Of a stretch of DNA of 64,000 bases, positions 48,677-64,000 are shown piece by piece. Location: NCBI GenBank assembly GCA_950097015.1, contig CATNEN010000039.1:3906001-3970000 (forward strand), written 5' to 3'. The position numbers and the translations under genes are program-made. The stretch comes from Macrostomum hystrix. Lineage: Eukaryota; Animalia; Platyhelminthes. Each line of letters opens with the position of its first letter. Position 1 is the stretch's first letter. The notes beneath the pieces are model-generated. The model searched no databases, was not told where the DNA came from, and was given only the letters and a program-made list of their open reading frames with translations.

Positions 48677-50873
48677 TGTGTGTGTGTGTGTCTGTGTGTG
48701 TGTCTGTGTGTGTGTGTGTGTCTGTGTGTGTGTCTGTGTGTGTGTGTCTGTGTGTGTGTGTGTGTCTGAACTCTTCGGCGTCCTTGCCTCTTTCCGTATT
48801 TCTTATCTGAATAGCAAACAAATCTACGGAATGGCTAGCTATTGATTGCAGTTAACGTACTAAATAGTAAATTAGCTCAGCTTATTTTTTTACCCTGTCG
48901 GAGACTACGATCATAGTAAAAATCCCAGCAACCATCCCTACAACCTACCCAGCAACCATCCCAACAACCATCCCAGCAACCATCCCAGCAACCATCCAAA
49001 CAACATACCCAGCAACCATACCAGTAACCATCCCAGCAACCATCCCAGCAACCATCCCAACAACCATCCCAGCAACCATCCCAGCAACCATCCAAACAAC
49101 ATACCCAGCAACCATACCAGTAACCATCCCAGCAACCATCCCAGCAACCATCCCAGCAACCATCCCAGCAACCATCCCAGCAACCATCCAAACAACATAC
49201 CCAGCAACCATACCAGCAACCATCCCAGCAACCATCCCAGCAACCATCCAAACAACATACCCAGCAACCATACCAGCAACCATCCCAGCAACCATCCCAG
49301 CAACCATCCAAACAACATACCCAGCAACCATACCAGCAACCATCCCAGCAACCATCCCAGCAGCCATACCAAAAACCATCCCAACAACCATCCAAACAAC
49401 ATACCCAGCAACCATACCAGCAACCATCCCAGCAACCATCCCAGCAACCATCCAAACAACCATCCCAGCAACCATCCAAACAACATACCGAGCAACCATA
49501 CCAGCAACCATCCCAGCAACCATCCTAACAACCATCCCAGCAGCCATACCAAAAACCATCCCAACAACCATCCCAGCAAACATCCCAAAAACCGTCCCAA
49601 TAACCATCCCAAAAACCGTCCCAGCAACCATCCCAACAACCATCCCAGCAACCATCCCAGCAAACATCCTATAGACCATCCCAGCTACCTAGTCAAACGT
49701 CTTCGAACGATTTTGCAGGTGAAACCTTCTACGCTGTTCCGTCGCCCGGTGAGGGCAGCCCACCCAGCGTATTCTGCGCTCAGGACTTCCTCTACACCGG
49801 CTTCCAGCAGGCCTCAGAAACCTGCTCAGCCTGCGGCCACCTCATCACCGACCAGATCCTACAAGCCCTCGGTCGGCACTTCCACCCGGCCTGCTTTCGC
49901 TGCTCAGTCTGCCAGCGCTGCCTAGACGGCCGACCCTTCACGGTTGACGTGTCCGGCTCCGTGTTCTGCGTGCCCGACTATCACAGAGTGTACGCGCCGC
50001 GCTGCTACAAGTGCGCCCTGCCAATCGCCCCGGAGGCCGACGATCAGGACGAGGTGCTGCGCATTGTCAGCATGGGCAAGGATTTTCACCTGGCCTGCTA
50101 TCGTTGCGAGGTGAGGCTCCATTGCAATGCTTCAAGCCAAAGTTCCACAATTTGGCCTTAGCAACAATTCCACAATTCAGCCTTAGCAACAGTTCCACAA
50201 TTCAGCCTTAGCAACAATTCCACAAATCAGCCTTAGCAACAATTCCACAATTCAGCCTTAGCAACAGTTCCACAATTCAGCCTTAGCAACAATTCCACAA
50301 ATCAGCCTTAGCAACAATTCCACAATTCAGCCTTAGCAACAATTCCACAATTCAGCCTTAGCAACAGTTCCACAATTCAGCCTTAGCAACAGTTCCACAA
50401 TTCAGCCTTAGCAACAGTTCCACAATTCAGCCTTAGCAACAGTTCCACAATTCAGCCTTAGCAACAATTCCACAATTCAGCCTTAGCAACAGTTCCACAA
50501 TTCAGCCTTAGCAACAGTTCCACAATTCAGCCTTAGCAACAGTTCCACAATCTAGTCTTAGCAACAGTTCCGCAATTCAGCCTTAGCAACAGTTCCACAA
50601 TTCAGCCTTAGCAACAGTTCCACAATTCAGCCTTAGCAACAGTTCCACAATCTAGTCTTAGCAACAGTTCCACAATCTAGTCTTAGCAACAGTTCCACAA
50701 TTCAGCCTTAGCAACAGTTCCAAGGTTATATCAACATGAACATGGAACATGAACAGGACTGCGGCATTCAATTGTCCAATGAGAGCCACAGGCGCTGCTA
50801 TCCTTTGGTTGACAAGGTGCTGAACTCGGTGCACCTTTTCTGCTACAGTTGCCGCATTCGAAGAGATGACTGA
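45661..50873 (+). CDS. Ajuba/LIMD1/WTIP-family triple-LIM protein; exons 45661-46384, 48004-48120, 49719-50110 and 50757-50873
   Basis: Pro/Gln-rich pre-LIM region with PPAY; LIM text [64 protein letters not shown] matches WTIP/LIMD1. Confidence 0.92.
47415..47885. repeat. 33-bp minisatellite (CTATTCTACCCCGTTCTATCCCCTTCTGCTACC)
   Basis: Direct periodicity; intronic. Confidence 0.9.
48615..48768. repeat. (TG)n / TGTC microsatellite
   Basis: Seen directly. Confidence 0.95.
48922..49686. repeat. 12-bp minisatellite (CAACCATCCCAG)n
   Basis: Direct periodicity. Confidence 0.93.
50141..50721. repeat. 25-bp minisatellite (TTCCACAATTCAGCCTTAGCAACAG)n filling the last LIM intron
   Basis: Direct periodicity. 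Confidence 0.94.
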
Positions 50874-51449
50874 ACGACCGCACTATGGACTCATTGAACT
50901 CGAAAATTCGTTCGTTGAAGCAAATCAGAATGTGCTTTATACGCACAAGCGCCCAAGAAATTCAGGTGTGTAAAGTTATAAACAATTTGCGCGATTGTAT
51001 TATTCTATTTGCTGTAGCTATTTTATTTTTTTACTGATCAGAGTATAAATATAGATATATTTATTTATTTTCATACGCATATTCAGTTTCTTTTATGAAT
51101 TTTACACACTATTTCTAAAAGCTCTTCCGCTCTCTTCTGTTTTTTTGGGGGTACACTATTGCTGACCTGTTTTTGCTTCCAATTTTACTGCAGCAACCAC
51201 TGGGCGCCTTTTCGCGAATGCCTTACTGACTTCGTTATCGTATGTAATAGGAGATATTTCCTGGCGGCTTTTTTAACTGTCTAATTGTAAAGTTCACAAG
51301 TGATTTACAGAACTAGAAGATCACATGTTCAGCAAAAGTAACTGAATGCCAAATAATCTGAGCATGTATGTTAGTTGCACTATTATATATCTATTCATTA
51401 CAAAGAATCACAGTTTACTATAGTGAAAATTAAATAACTATTGAGTTCA

Positions 51450-51790
51450 CAATGTACATTTGCTTCCCTACCCCTGTCTCCCGGCTAGCGAAGCTTCGCA
51501 ATGTACATTTGCTTCCCTACCCCTGTCTCCCGGCTAGCGAAGCTTCGCAATGTACATTTGTTTCCCTACCCCTGTCTCCCGGCTAGCGAAGCTTCGCAAT
51601 GTACATTTGCTTCCCTACCCCTGTCTCCCGGCTAGCGAAGCTTCGCAATGTACATTTGTTTCCCTACCCCTGTCTCCCGGCTTGCGAAGCTTCGCAATGT
51701 ACATTTGTTTCCCTATCCCTGTCTCCCGGCTTGCGAAGCTTCGCAATGTACATTTGTTTCCCCACCCCTGTCTCCCGGCTAGCGAAGCCT
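51450..51790. repeat. 49-bp tandem repeat, about 7 copies
   Basis: Unit CAATGTACATTTGCTTCCCTACCCCTGTCTCCCGGCTAGCGAAGCTTCG. Confidence 0.93.
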
Positions 51791-53994
51791 CACTGCACAT
51801 CAAATTCCCGACCCCCTCCCTGAAAGCGAAGTCTCACGATGTACTTCGTGAAGTACATGAGTTAACTTATCCCTCCTAGGAAAATGAAGTCGAAAGACTG
51901 CATCAATGGACTTCTTAATGAAATATTTCTTAAACCCTTTCTAGCTAGAGAAGTCACACAATTCACGTTTTTAATCCATCGTACGAGTCAATAATGTTAA
52001 TAAGAGATAATTAACATTAGCATATTAACTTTGTTGTTCAAGGCTTAGCTTCACTGTCTTCTTTTGGTGTCACACTTCTTCAGTTTTCGTTGTGCCCTAT
52101 TCGCGTGTCAAAATATTGCGCAAAAATGCAAGGAAGCAACTGTTTGCTTTTTATGTGTACACATATTAGCATGTACATTTGATTAAATATACTCGCACAT
52201 GTCATTAAGCCTGTTGGAACTTGGAATGCATAAATAATAAGGCTTGAGTCATGGCGCATCCGACGCAATTATATGCAAGTCCTGCTATGCCAGTTGCTCA
52301 TTTTATTGCTCTTTTGCGAGTTCTGGGAGCTTTCACCGTTTTTGCAACGATGAAGCAAAGCTAATAATTGGAGTTCATTAATATTAATTAGCTTAAACAG
52401 CCACAATGCGACCATCTCCATGACAGAAAAACTGCTTTAGTTTTGCGCACCCAGGCAGCACAGCAGGATGTCAGATGAAGCCACAATGCTTGCTCTTGAG
52501 GCCCCATTGTGAAGGGTGAAAGCATCTGGTGTGTTTGAACAACTGCATTATCCTAAACACTGTGAGTTTGGGGTGATGCACGCGTCAATTGTCTGCAGGC
52601 GGCTTAAATATGCATAAAATGTAATGCAACTCCCGTACCTAATGAGCATATTGTGGCATTAATTGCTTCGCATACATTGGGCTACACTTGTTTGCAGCTG
52701 AAATGAAGACGGAGGGTGTGCGTGTATAAATAATCTTAAATGTGAAAGCAATGTTGTTCTCGTGTGCAGCAAAACTGGGGCTATACTCAATAGTTGTGTG
52801 AGCAGCCTTCACTGCGCACACAGGGCTGGGGCTGGGGCAAAGGAATGCGGCTGGCAAAAATTATTTACAACCCACCCCACCCGGACTGGGTGGGTGTGTA
52901 CACAGCGCAGTGTACTTTGTCCCTGCCTGCATAGCTGCGCAGTGCTTCAGCAATGTGAATTCTTAGAATAGCCGCTCTCTAGGCATGGCATTAACTGCGT
53001 GTGCAATCTGAGTCTGCGCTTGTGTTCGTGGGAAAATTACTTTTTTTAATTCCCTGCATTAAAAATGCAATCTAAAACCAAGGACTACTAGGAGAAGAAT
53101 AACGGAAAACTAGGGTTCTTGAAAAAAAAATTGAGGGGCTCAACAGGAAAAAAATTTCGCGAAGATAAATTAGTTTCGAATATTATTTATAGCTTCATAG
53201 ATTTCTGCAAAGCTTCATTTGTGAAAACATCCATTTCATTTCCTTTTCTTGATTTTTTTCTCGAAAGTGCCTAAAATACATTGAAGGCCATGAAACTAGC
53301 TTTTTTCTTCATTCTCTGATCATTTATCGAGTTAGTTAATTTATTATTTTGTGCTTGTAATTAATATATAGCCCTAGTAAAAACAACTTTTCGGGTATAA
53401 CGATCAGTAAGCCTCATTGAAGAAACATGTTAGGAAAGTCATATAAAAAAGCTTTGGATTTGTTATAAAAACGATCATCATTTTAATGAGAAACAATGAG
53501 AAAATCTCCGTAGAATGTATTTTTCGACGATAACAACCAGCCTCTTCAACATTTGTCTAAGAAACGTATTTTCCCGTCATTCTCCTAGTAGTCCTTGTGT
53601 TTAAAATGCTAGAAAATAAACGAGCTTTTATTTTAAGTGCGAGTGCCGATGCATCGAGACTGTAGCGAGAATGCAAATTTCTTCTATAAATGTATGTTAA
53701 AGTAATTTCACAGTTTTTTGTTCGCAGACAAAAATATATGGCTCTTTTTGCCAGCACAAGGAGTTAACAACTGCAACATGCATAGCAATGTGAACTTTTC
53801 ATTCTTGCAAACATTGTGGAAAGTGGCTGACATGAACCCAGAACAGGTTGTAGCACTGCTGCATATACCAGCTTTCCCATAGACTCGCACGCTTACTGGG
53901 CGAGGAATTCCGGTTGTATCGAAAACAGAACACAACAATTGGAGATTTAGCATTTCTGATATTCTGAAGCTAAAATTTGTGCTTGACACCAAGG

Positions 53995-54885
53995 AGTGAT
54001 GAGACATGGGACAATGGAGATGGGACTAGGGAGATAATACTATAGGGAGATAATACTAGGGAGATGAGAAAGGGAGGAAATAAGACAGGGAAGAGATGAA
54101 ACAGGGGAGAGATGAGACAGCGGAGAGGTGAGAGAAGGGAGAGATGAGACAGTGGAGAGATTAGACAGAGAAGAGATGAGACAGTGGAGAGATGAGACAG
54201 TGGAGAGATAAGACAGCGGAGAGATAAGACAGCGGAGAGATGAGACAGCGGAGAGGTGAGAGAAGGGATAGATGAGACAGTGGAGAGATTAGACAGAGAA
54301 GAGATGAGACAGTGGAGAGATGAGACAGTGGAGAGATGAGACAGCGGAGAGATAAGACAGCGGAGAGATGAGACAGCGGAGAGATAAGACAGCGGAGAGA
54401 TGATACAGCGGAGAGATGAGACAGCGGAGAGATGAGACAGCGGAGAGATGAGACAGGGGAGGGATGAGACAGCGGAGAGATGAGACAGTGGAGAGATGAG
54501 ACAGTGGAGAGATGAGACAGCGGAGAGATAAGACAGCGGAGAGATAAGACAGTGGAGAGATGAGACAGCGGAGAGATAAGACAGCGGAGAGATGAGACAG
54601 CGGAGAGATAAGACAGTGGAGAGATAAGACAGTGGAGAGATGAGACAGCGGAGAGATGAGACAGCGGAGAGATGAGACAGCGGAGAGATGAGACAGCGGA
54701 GAGATAAGACAGCGGAGAGATGAGACAGCGGAGAGATAAGACAGCGGAGTGATGAGACAGCGGAGAGATGAGACAGTGGAGAGATGAGACAGAAGTGAGG
54801 AGTCAGAGGAGAGATGAGACAAGGGAGATGCGGCTCGGGAGACATAAGACAGGGGAAAAATGACATAGGGGAGAAATGAGACGAA
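53995..54885. repeat. 16-bp minisatellite (GGAGAGATGAGACAGC)n, same family as the array inside the hAT MITE
   Basis: Unit shared with 5590-5890 and 30405-30750; no TIRs seen here. Confidence 0.92.
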
Positions 54886-56052
54886 AGCGACGGGAAAGGG
54901 CAGAGCCAGTGAAAGGGGGCAAGGGCCAGAGCTTGCTTTCGGAGCTCGTCCGCAAGTTGCCGGAGTAAAAAGAGATTTAAACAAAAGTTCATTGCCGTAA
55001 TTGTGATAATCCAGCTATAACAAGGAACAAACTCAATAGAACTTGAGCCTGCACACGGAATGTTTAGATAAATATGTATTTGTGAAAAGTAAAACATCCT
55101 GATGGTCCTGTGTGATATAGTAGGAAAACAAAAGTGCTCCGCAAACACAATAATATGAAGAAAAGGTTAGAAGTTGATGGAAGACCCAGTCTATTCATAT
55201 GGCTCCAGCCAATCAGACCACGCGAATACAACCTCATGTACAAAGAAGCACATTTTGATTGGCCAGAGTAAAAAAGATTTGATTGTTAACAGGTAATATT
55301 AAATTACAGAGGAAAATACTGATTAGTTAAAACAAGGTAAATGTGGTTTAAATAAAATAAGTTTTTTCGGGCACACAGTGCCATGCGCTGAGTAACTAGA
55401 GCAGCCATTAGAAAATAAACTAGATTAAGCAATGCGTAACAACTGTGAGCGATGGGTGAGGCATGGAATCAAAAGATTTTCACAAAAACGTTTCTTTATT
55501 TTCCATTATTTCACTCGAGTGCAATGAAATCCATGCCTCGAACTGAACTAAACAAAGGAAGGACGAATTAAAAATGGATGAAACTGTAGCAATAAATAGA
55601 ATACTGTACAAAAAGCCGACAGGAAATTTGCAAACTATACTACTGGGCGACCATGGAAGTAGTCTGTTGGAGAAAATGTTTCCTGAATAAAGAAAATCGG
55701 CCTATAGATGAAATGAAGAGCAGTTTGGGTGAAGGGAAGGATCCGATTGCCTCTCCAGCGCCTCCGCAGACAATCTGAAAGAGTTTAGAGGAAATTAATT
55801 GTCTTAACAAGCCTTAGAATACTCTTTTGAATTATCAAATATGGAAGTTAGCAGACTAGCTACCTGGTTGCGGGGTTAAGGCTGGCAAAGCGTTCGGCAC
55901 ACAAAGCGAGCAAAAAGCTTTCCTATTTTGATACAGTAGAATTATGTCACACGAAAGCGTCCTGTTGGTTAAGTCGTCACTAAGCAGATGATTGGTTAGA
56001 AAAAATTCTCTTAAAATATTCAACCAATCGCCATGAAGATCCAGAACACGGT

Positions 56053-57868
<1,816 letters not shown>

Positions 57869-60378
57869 TTATTATTTTTGTTTAAACTTGCTGCTACACT
57901 TACGGCTGCTAAATCTTTTTTATTTAGCCTTAAACTTGTTGGAGAAAATTATCACTTTTTAACTGACTTCGTTAGGTTCATTTTTATTGTTTTAAAGTAG
58001 TTTAAAAATTAAAAAAGAAATGTAAAAGTTCAAAAATAAACATCCAAGTCCGATATAGAAAATATTGTTTTACTTGGGAGTACAAAACAAAATTTTTATT
58101 CAACACTAAACGTCTATTTAGTAGTCCCTGTTTTTTGCAGTGCAATAATTCCTGTTATAATTGTTAGACATAATTTATATCCAAACGCAGGACACTATAA
58201 TACAAAAAGTTACCTTAAAAAAAAAATAAATATTTGAAGCTAAAGTCTCAATTTTATAGCTTTTGTTTAAACAATTATTTGTACACTTATATTAGGAAAA
58301 TCCATTCAGTTATATACATTTATAAATGACACTCTTACATTTAACATAGGTATTTGACAGATGATTCATATTTAACAGTGACAGTGACTTAATATTTCGC
58401 CCGTTTCTATTTGACATATGATTCAGAAGTTTATATACTACGTGGACAAAATGTTACAAAATAAAATATTTGAATATAGATTGTTAAAGTTTCTGTACAT
58501 ACAACTTTTTTATCGAAAAATCGAAAACGAAAAGTATGAATAATGTATATAATGTATTTATTCTTAGACACCATTTTTAGTCATTTTTGCATTAATTTTC
58601 TCTTTTCCCAGCCTGTCTGAAATTGCTCAATTGTACAATACATAGGCCTACTGCTAAGACAGATTGTATCAGAAATATAAAACACAAAGTACATGAACAT
58701 GATAGGTTTATAAAAATACTATAAATATTCGTCCAAGCCAATGCTCGGTGGTATTGATAGGTTCATTAATATAATGTAATTCAGAAAAAAAGATTTTGCC
58801 TAATTTTTAAACCAATTTAATGACAAAAATCATAATGACAAGATGCCTAATTAACAGTCGGCAAAAAACACAAAATTAAGTTCTGATACCGTGAACAAAA
58901 AACTTATATATTTAATCGAAACGAAATAGCGAGTTGAATTTTTCGCACGCTTTTGTCACAAAGATTGTCCAAAGCAAACCTCAAATCTCTATGGAAACAA
59001 GTTTCGTGATAACAATTCCGGAACCTTTTTATCTGTGCAGAAGTTTTGAATGAGTGTATGAGTGTTTCGTTGGAAATGAATTTCCAGCTTGTGTTCCAGC
59101 AACGTATTACCAACTAAGTCGACCGCAATAAACTAATTTTAGCAAATTACATCTATACGAAATCGGTACTGTATCAAGCGTGCAAAATCATTAATAAGCT
59201 TTTACAAAGCCATTGAAAGTTGACTTCGAGCCATTGACTTCGAACAAACTGAACTATAAAACTATTGCAAATATTTTAAATAGTTACCGCGAATCGCTGG
59301 TTTGTTAGTAAAACCTTTGATCTAGTGAAACAGCTATATATTTATAATGTCTATATTGTCACTAATGCTAGCCGTTTTAATTCCGCGTTTGAACTCGCGA
59401 AAACCATATATGACGTGAAAAGTATTGATTTACTGCCAATTTCCCAAATCTGAAGAAAAACGACAAGCAACGTAAAACAATTCACCAAAGTAATAAAATT
59501 GGCCAGCTTAAATAAACAAACGCAATAAAAACGCTGAATAAGAACAATGAGTATATTTACTTTCAGCTCAACTCGAAATCGCTAAAATTGCATGAACACG
59601 ACAAATTTAGATGCATCTATATAGCACTGGGTTCACAAATATATACATATATATAGATACGTATATAAAAATGTATATTACAATATATAATATGGTAACA
59701 TGTAAACACAAACAAACAAAATTTAAATTCAGAGAGAACAGACAAAGCTACAATAAAAAAGCATGTTTTGAGGGTGACGTGAAAAATGACAAAAGCAGAA
59801 AATGTTGCTAGATACGCTCGTAAAAATGTTGTCACAAAAACAAGCTGGCAGCTAAAATTTCAGGCCAGTTCTGAAACAAACAAACCTATGGCCCGGGGAG
59901 AGTGAGAGAACAGAGCAACTGAAAAAAGGTAATCACTGGCGCTAAGAAATTCAAATGATAAGTAAGAAAAACCGACCTAAAATACCTAAAGATGTACTAA
60001 ATAAAATTGCCAATTATAGAGGCCAGGTTTTGTTAAACAAAATGCCTCCCATGCCAGACAGGGCACAACAGAGTGGTAAAAAAGCACTGCAAGCTAACAT
60101 TGAAAGCCAAGAAAGTTAAAAGCAAAAGACGCACACAGACGCGTAAAAGTCGGCAGATAGCTTGAAGCCTACCGGTGAATAAGACAACATTAATTACAAA
60201 GGAGATGCTGTCTAAAGTGCAAACTGCTGCAAAAACTGTGCAATACAATATCATGACTGGTCAAAATAAAGGCAGGTGAGAACTTTCAGAAAAGAGAATT
60301 GCATTTAATTAAAACAAATAAAACAAAAAAACTTTTTAAAACAAATTAAAATGGGTCCTCATTTGTTGATCCTCACAA

Positions 60379-60785
60379 CCCAGTAAAAAATTCGGCTGCT
60401 TCTTCGGCGGGTTTTCTGTGCAAAATAGGAGTGGAATCTACCGAAATCCCCCCTATCTCGCAAGAGTTAAAGAAACCACCCAGGAAGCAGCCGATGTAAC
60501 CGTAAATTGTGCGGAAACCGCCGAAGAATCACCCGAACTAGTGGCCCATGGGACAACCAGAGAATTATTTACGGGCGATTCTGAGCATGGAATCTTCCGA
60601 ACTGGAGGATTCTTTGGGTGATTCCATTTCGCCACCAAGAAGCTCCGAGAAAACGCCCAGTTGGGTAGATTCTAAGCATGGAATCATCCGATTGGTATGT
60701 TTCCAGCGTTCGGCTGTTTCTTTTTCTGGAAACACCGCAGATTCCAACTGGAATCACCCAAAGAAACATCCCTATTTTTAGCGGG
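60379..60785. mobile_element. Putative CMC/EnSpm-like MITE
   Basis: Imperfect TIRs CCCAGTAAAAAAT / ATTTTTAGCGGG, flanking AA on both sides, and internal direct and inverted motifs. Confidence 0.45.
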
Positions 60786-61147
60786 AAAAGTACACAATTT
60801 TCTTATAAAGGCATGCAGACGGTGCTACACATTAAGATAGGCAGCAAATAAAAAAATTGCATATAACACATCAAGGCGAATAAACAGAATACTATGCAGG
60901 TAAATTGTCAGTGCGCGATTAAACCTCAACAAAAATTAAAAAAAAAATCGATGCCCTTTTTAGGGCGGTGAAATAAAAGCACAAATACTAGCTGTCTTTC
61001 GTGAATCTTCAAAACTATTAATTTCAAAGCTATCCATATCAGATTATCTTTCGAATGTGTCCATATCGCAACAGGTTCAAAATTTGTATTTATATCGTAT
61101 CGACAGGGCATGGAGACAGTATTCTTTGGCTTGAGGTCAACTTGAGC

Positions 61148-63731
61148 TCAGCCAGTGTGAGTAGAGTAGCATTTGGCAGCGCCTGGCGCCGAAGACACCG
61201 ATGACGCCGGGGTGGCATGCAAATTGGCGCCCACGCAGAAGCTGCCATGCGCGCTGCGGCTGGCGGAGAGGCGCCGCCGGCCGTTGGCGAAGCGAATGAC
61301 GGGTGCCTTGTCCTCGCTGCCATCTTCCATGTCAACAACCGAGCCAGTGGTTGTGGTGGTTGTAACCGGCTGCAGCTGCAGCTGCTGCTGTTGCTGGGCA
61401 ATTTGGCGCAGCGGGAGAGACTCTGGCGGCGATGATGCGCGCGGCATCGGCTCGTGCGAATCGTGCGACTGTTGAGTAGTTAATGATCCGTTGCCATGGT
61501 GATGATGATTAGGATTATTGCGGCGCAGGGACAGGCTGTTGCTAGGCGAGAAATACTTGGCGTGGAAGGAGATGACGGCGTAGATGAATTCTAAGTCGGC
61601 CTTGGGGAAAGAAAATTTGTTTTGAAATTGTACTTTATTGTAATTTAGCCGGCTTAAATTAATCATTAGATCCTCCATTCTCACCTTGCTGTTAAACATG
61701 CCCGGCCTCTGCAGGTGATACATCTTAAACAATGAATATACATCAGCTGTGCCCTCTATCATTAGCTGCCTGAACAGCACGAACAGCGAGCAGATTATGC
61801 CAGCGTAGCTGCCGCCGTACCTGTGAGATAGGGTGGAAGCCTAGCTGGTTGAATGAGGAGGTTGCGGAGTGGGGTGGGTGCCTAGCTGGTTGAATGAGGA
61901 GGTTGCGGAGTGGGGTGGGTGCCTAGCTGGTTGAATGAGGAGGTTGCGGAGTGGGGTGGGTGCCTAGCTGGTTGAATGAGAGGACAAACGAAGGTTGCGT
62001 AGTGGGGTGGGTGTTTGGGTCAATAAATGGAATACAAATGGAGGTCACAGGTGTCAATGACATATCACTCACATATCCATAACGATAATAGGCGACAAGG
62101 TAAACATGCTCCTAGTGTTGCGGACAGCCTTGACAAGTTCGATTAGGCAGATAGATTCGCCGAAGGTCTCAGGCCACCGCTTTAGAGTCCATACTGAGGT
62201 GAGCACGCTGTAGTCGTCCTTGCTGCTGGCCAGAAGGAATTCTCGGCACTCACCAAAAGAATATTCTTCGCGCGATCTAATTTTTTAAGAAATAGAATAA
62301 ATGATCAGGAATAATAAATCCTTAGGTACAAATTAGCTGCTAAAGTTAGAGTAATTGGCGGCATCTCTAACCTCTAATTGTCAAAATCACACAATCAAAG
62401 ATAATTTAGGTCGCGTTTGAAAAAATGTGAAACCTTAATTTCACCCTGACTTGAGCACACCCTAATTCTCCTCCTGACTTGAGCACACCATAATTCTCCT
62501 CCTGAATTGAGCACACCATAATTCTCCTCCTGAATTGAGCACATCCTAATTCTCCTCCTGACTTGAGCACACCATAATTCTCCTCCTGAATAGAGCACAC
62601 CATAATTCTCCTCCTGAATTGAGCACACCCTAATTCTCCTCCTGAATTGAGCACACCCTAATTCTCCTCCTGAATAGAGCACACCCTAATTCTCCTACTG
62701 ACTTGAGCACACCATAATTCTCCTCCTGAATTGAGCACACCATAATTCTCCTCCTGAATTGAGCACATCCTAATTCTCCTCCTGACTTGAGCACACCATA
62801 ATTCTCCTCCTGAATTGAGCACACCATAACTCTCCTCCTGAATTGAGCACACCATAATTCTCCTCCTGAATTGAGCACACCATAATTCTCCTCCTGACTT
62901 GAGCACACCATAACTCTCCTCCTGAATTGAGCACACCATAATTCTCGTCCTGAATTGAGCACACCCTAATTCTCCTCCTGAATTGAGCACACCATAATTC
63001 TCCTCCTGAATTGAGCACACCCTAAATCTCCCCCTAAATTGATCACACCATAAATCTCCCTGATTTGAGCACACCCTAAATCTCCCTGACTTGAGCACAC
63101 CCTAATTCTACTACTGACTATAACACACCCAAAATCTCATAATGACTTGAGCACACTTTAGTTCTTATCCTGACCCAAGCAAACTCTTGACTTCACTCTT
63201 ACTTGAATTTAAATGAACAAGTCAAATTTCACCAGTGACTTAAAATGAACCATAATGTTTCATCTGATAATAAAGGTCACTAATTCTCACCTGAACCAGA
63301 CTTGCAGATAGCCGGCAGTTAGCGCCTCCGACTCATTTTTAGGCCAAATATCCGGCAAATTTCTGCTTTCGCTGTCCTGCTGCTGCTCAGCCGCGGAGCC
63401 AGTCGCAGTCGCGTCGCCTCCCTCGCCTCCCTCTGAGTAAAGGTTGGGATGCACGCAGACAACGCAAACGCAGTTCTGATCCCAGATCATTTTGTAAAAA
63501 TCGAACAGAGTGTCGCGCATAGGCAGTTGGGTGATAATGAACTCGTTGACAGACTGGTAGCCCTGCGTATAATGAGTGGTTAATTAGGTCATTAGCTGCC
63601 TAGACTCCGATGCACTGTTAGAATAGTCAAGACAAAACATTCAGCTTAGCATACGTGAACGTGCGACGCGTTGATGTAGTCAGATCCTTCGACGCCCGGC
63701 TCGCTCGTCAGCTTTACTCGACGAGACTCGA
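61148..63731 (-). CDS. Receptor protein tyrosine phosphatase, D2 domain and tail (PTP99A/PTPRG-like); exons 63731-63655, 63562-63291, 62276-62073, 61820-61685 and 61600-61148; 5' part outside the window
   Basis: RVKL..PGVEGSDYINAS, EFIITQLP..DFYKMIWDQN, IIVMDMYGG (Cys replaced by Asp) and DVYSLFKMYHLQRPG; splice phases are consistent. Confidence 0.88.
61830..62015. repeat. 41-bp tandem repeat
   Basis: Unit CCTAGCTGGTTGAATGAGGAGGTTGCGGAGTGGGGTGGGTG. Confidence 0.85.
62445..63170. repeat. 28-bp minisatellite (GAGCACACCATAATTCTCCTCCTGAATT)n
   Basis: Direct periodicity; intronic. Confidence 0.93.
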
Positions 63732-64000
63732 CTGAATATGGGAGGGCGGACAGGCAGATAGAAAGGGAGGCGGACGGGAAGGCATGTAGATGGGCAGATG
63801 GACAGGCAGGCAGACAGCTAATACAAACTAACAGACAGGAATGAAAGACAGCCTTGACAGCCAATGCAGACAGACAGAAATACAGACAGACAGCCTTAAC
63901 AGTCAATACAGACAGGAATACAGACAGACAGAGCCAAGACAATTGACTAAAAAGGGGGGCAGAAAAAATGGACAGCAAATACAGACAGACAGCCATGACA

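Noticed and set aside
48877-49679. Cys/Trp/Gly-rich or hydrophobic repeat ORFs
   Set aside because: Translations of a 12-bp intronic repeat open in several frames.
53970-55148. 392-aa Ser/Leu-rich ORF, and similar ORFs at 47315, 56375 and 5529
   Set aside because: Artefacts of mini- and microsatellites.

Overview
Intron-rich animal DNA, not a prokaryotic region. The innexin, the tRNA-derived SINE and the minisatellite-filled introns suggest an invertebrate, possibly a Macrostomum-like flatworm (inference only). Genes in order: 5' part of an SLC9/NHE Na+/H+ exchanger (-), MAIP1-like (-), ANKRD26-like (+), an intronless PhnZ-like HD dioxygenase (-), two convergent cGAS-like (Mab-21/cGLR) paralogs enclosing a secreted PAN + glycine-rich gene and an innexin, an Ajuba/LIMD1/WTIP LIM gene (+), calcyphosin-like (-) and the 3' end of a PTP99A/PTPRG-like receptor phosphatase (-). 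Repeats include about 20 tandem arrays, SINE copies and two MITEs. The standout is the inverted cGLR pair (32.2-35.3 kb and 40.4-43.4 kb). Each encodes an ~970-aa protein with an intact NTase triad, inserted hydrophobic segments and a second, degenerate Mab-21 module. Between the copies, three almost nucleotide-identical core blocks alternate abruptly with highly divergent membrane-containing segments. All gene calls are by-eye motif recognition and hand-traced splice sites; no searches were run.
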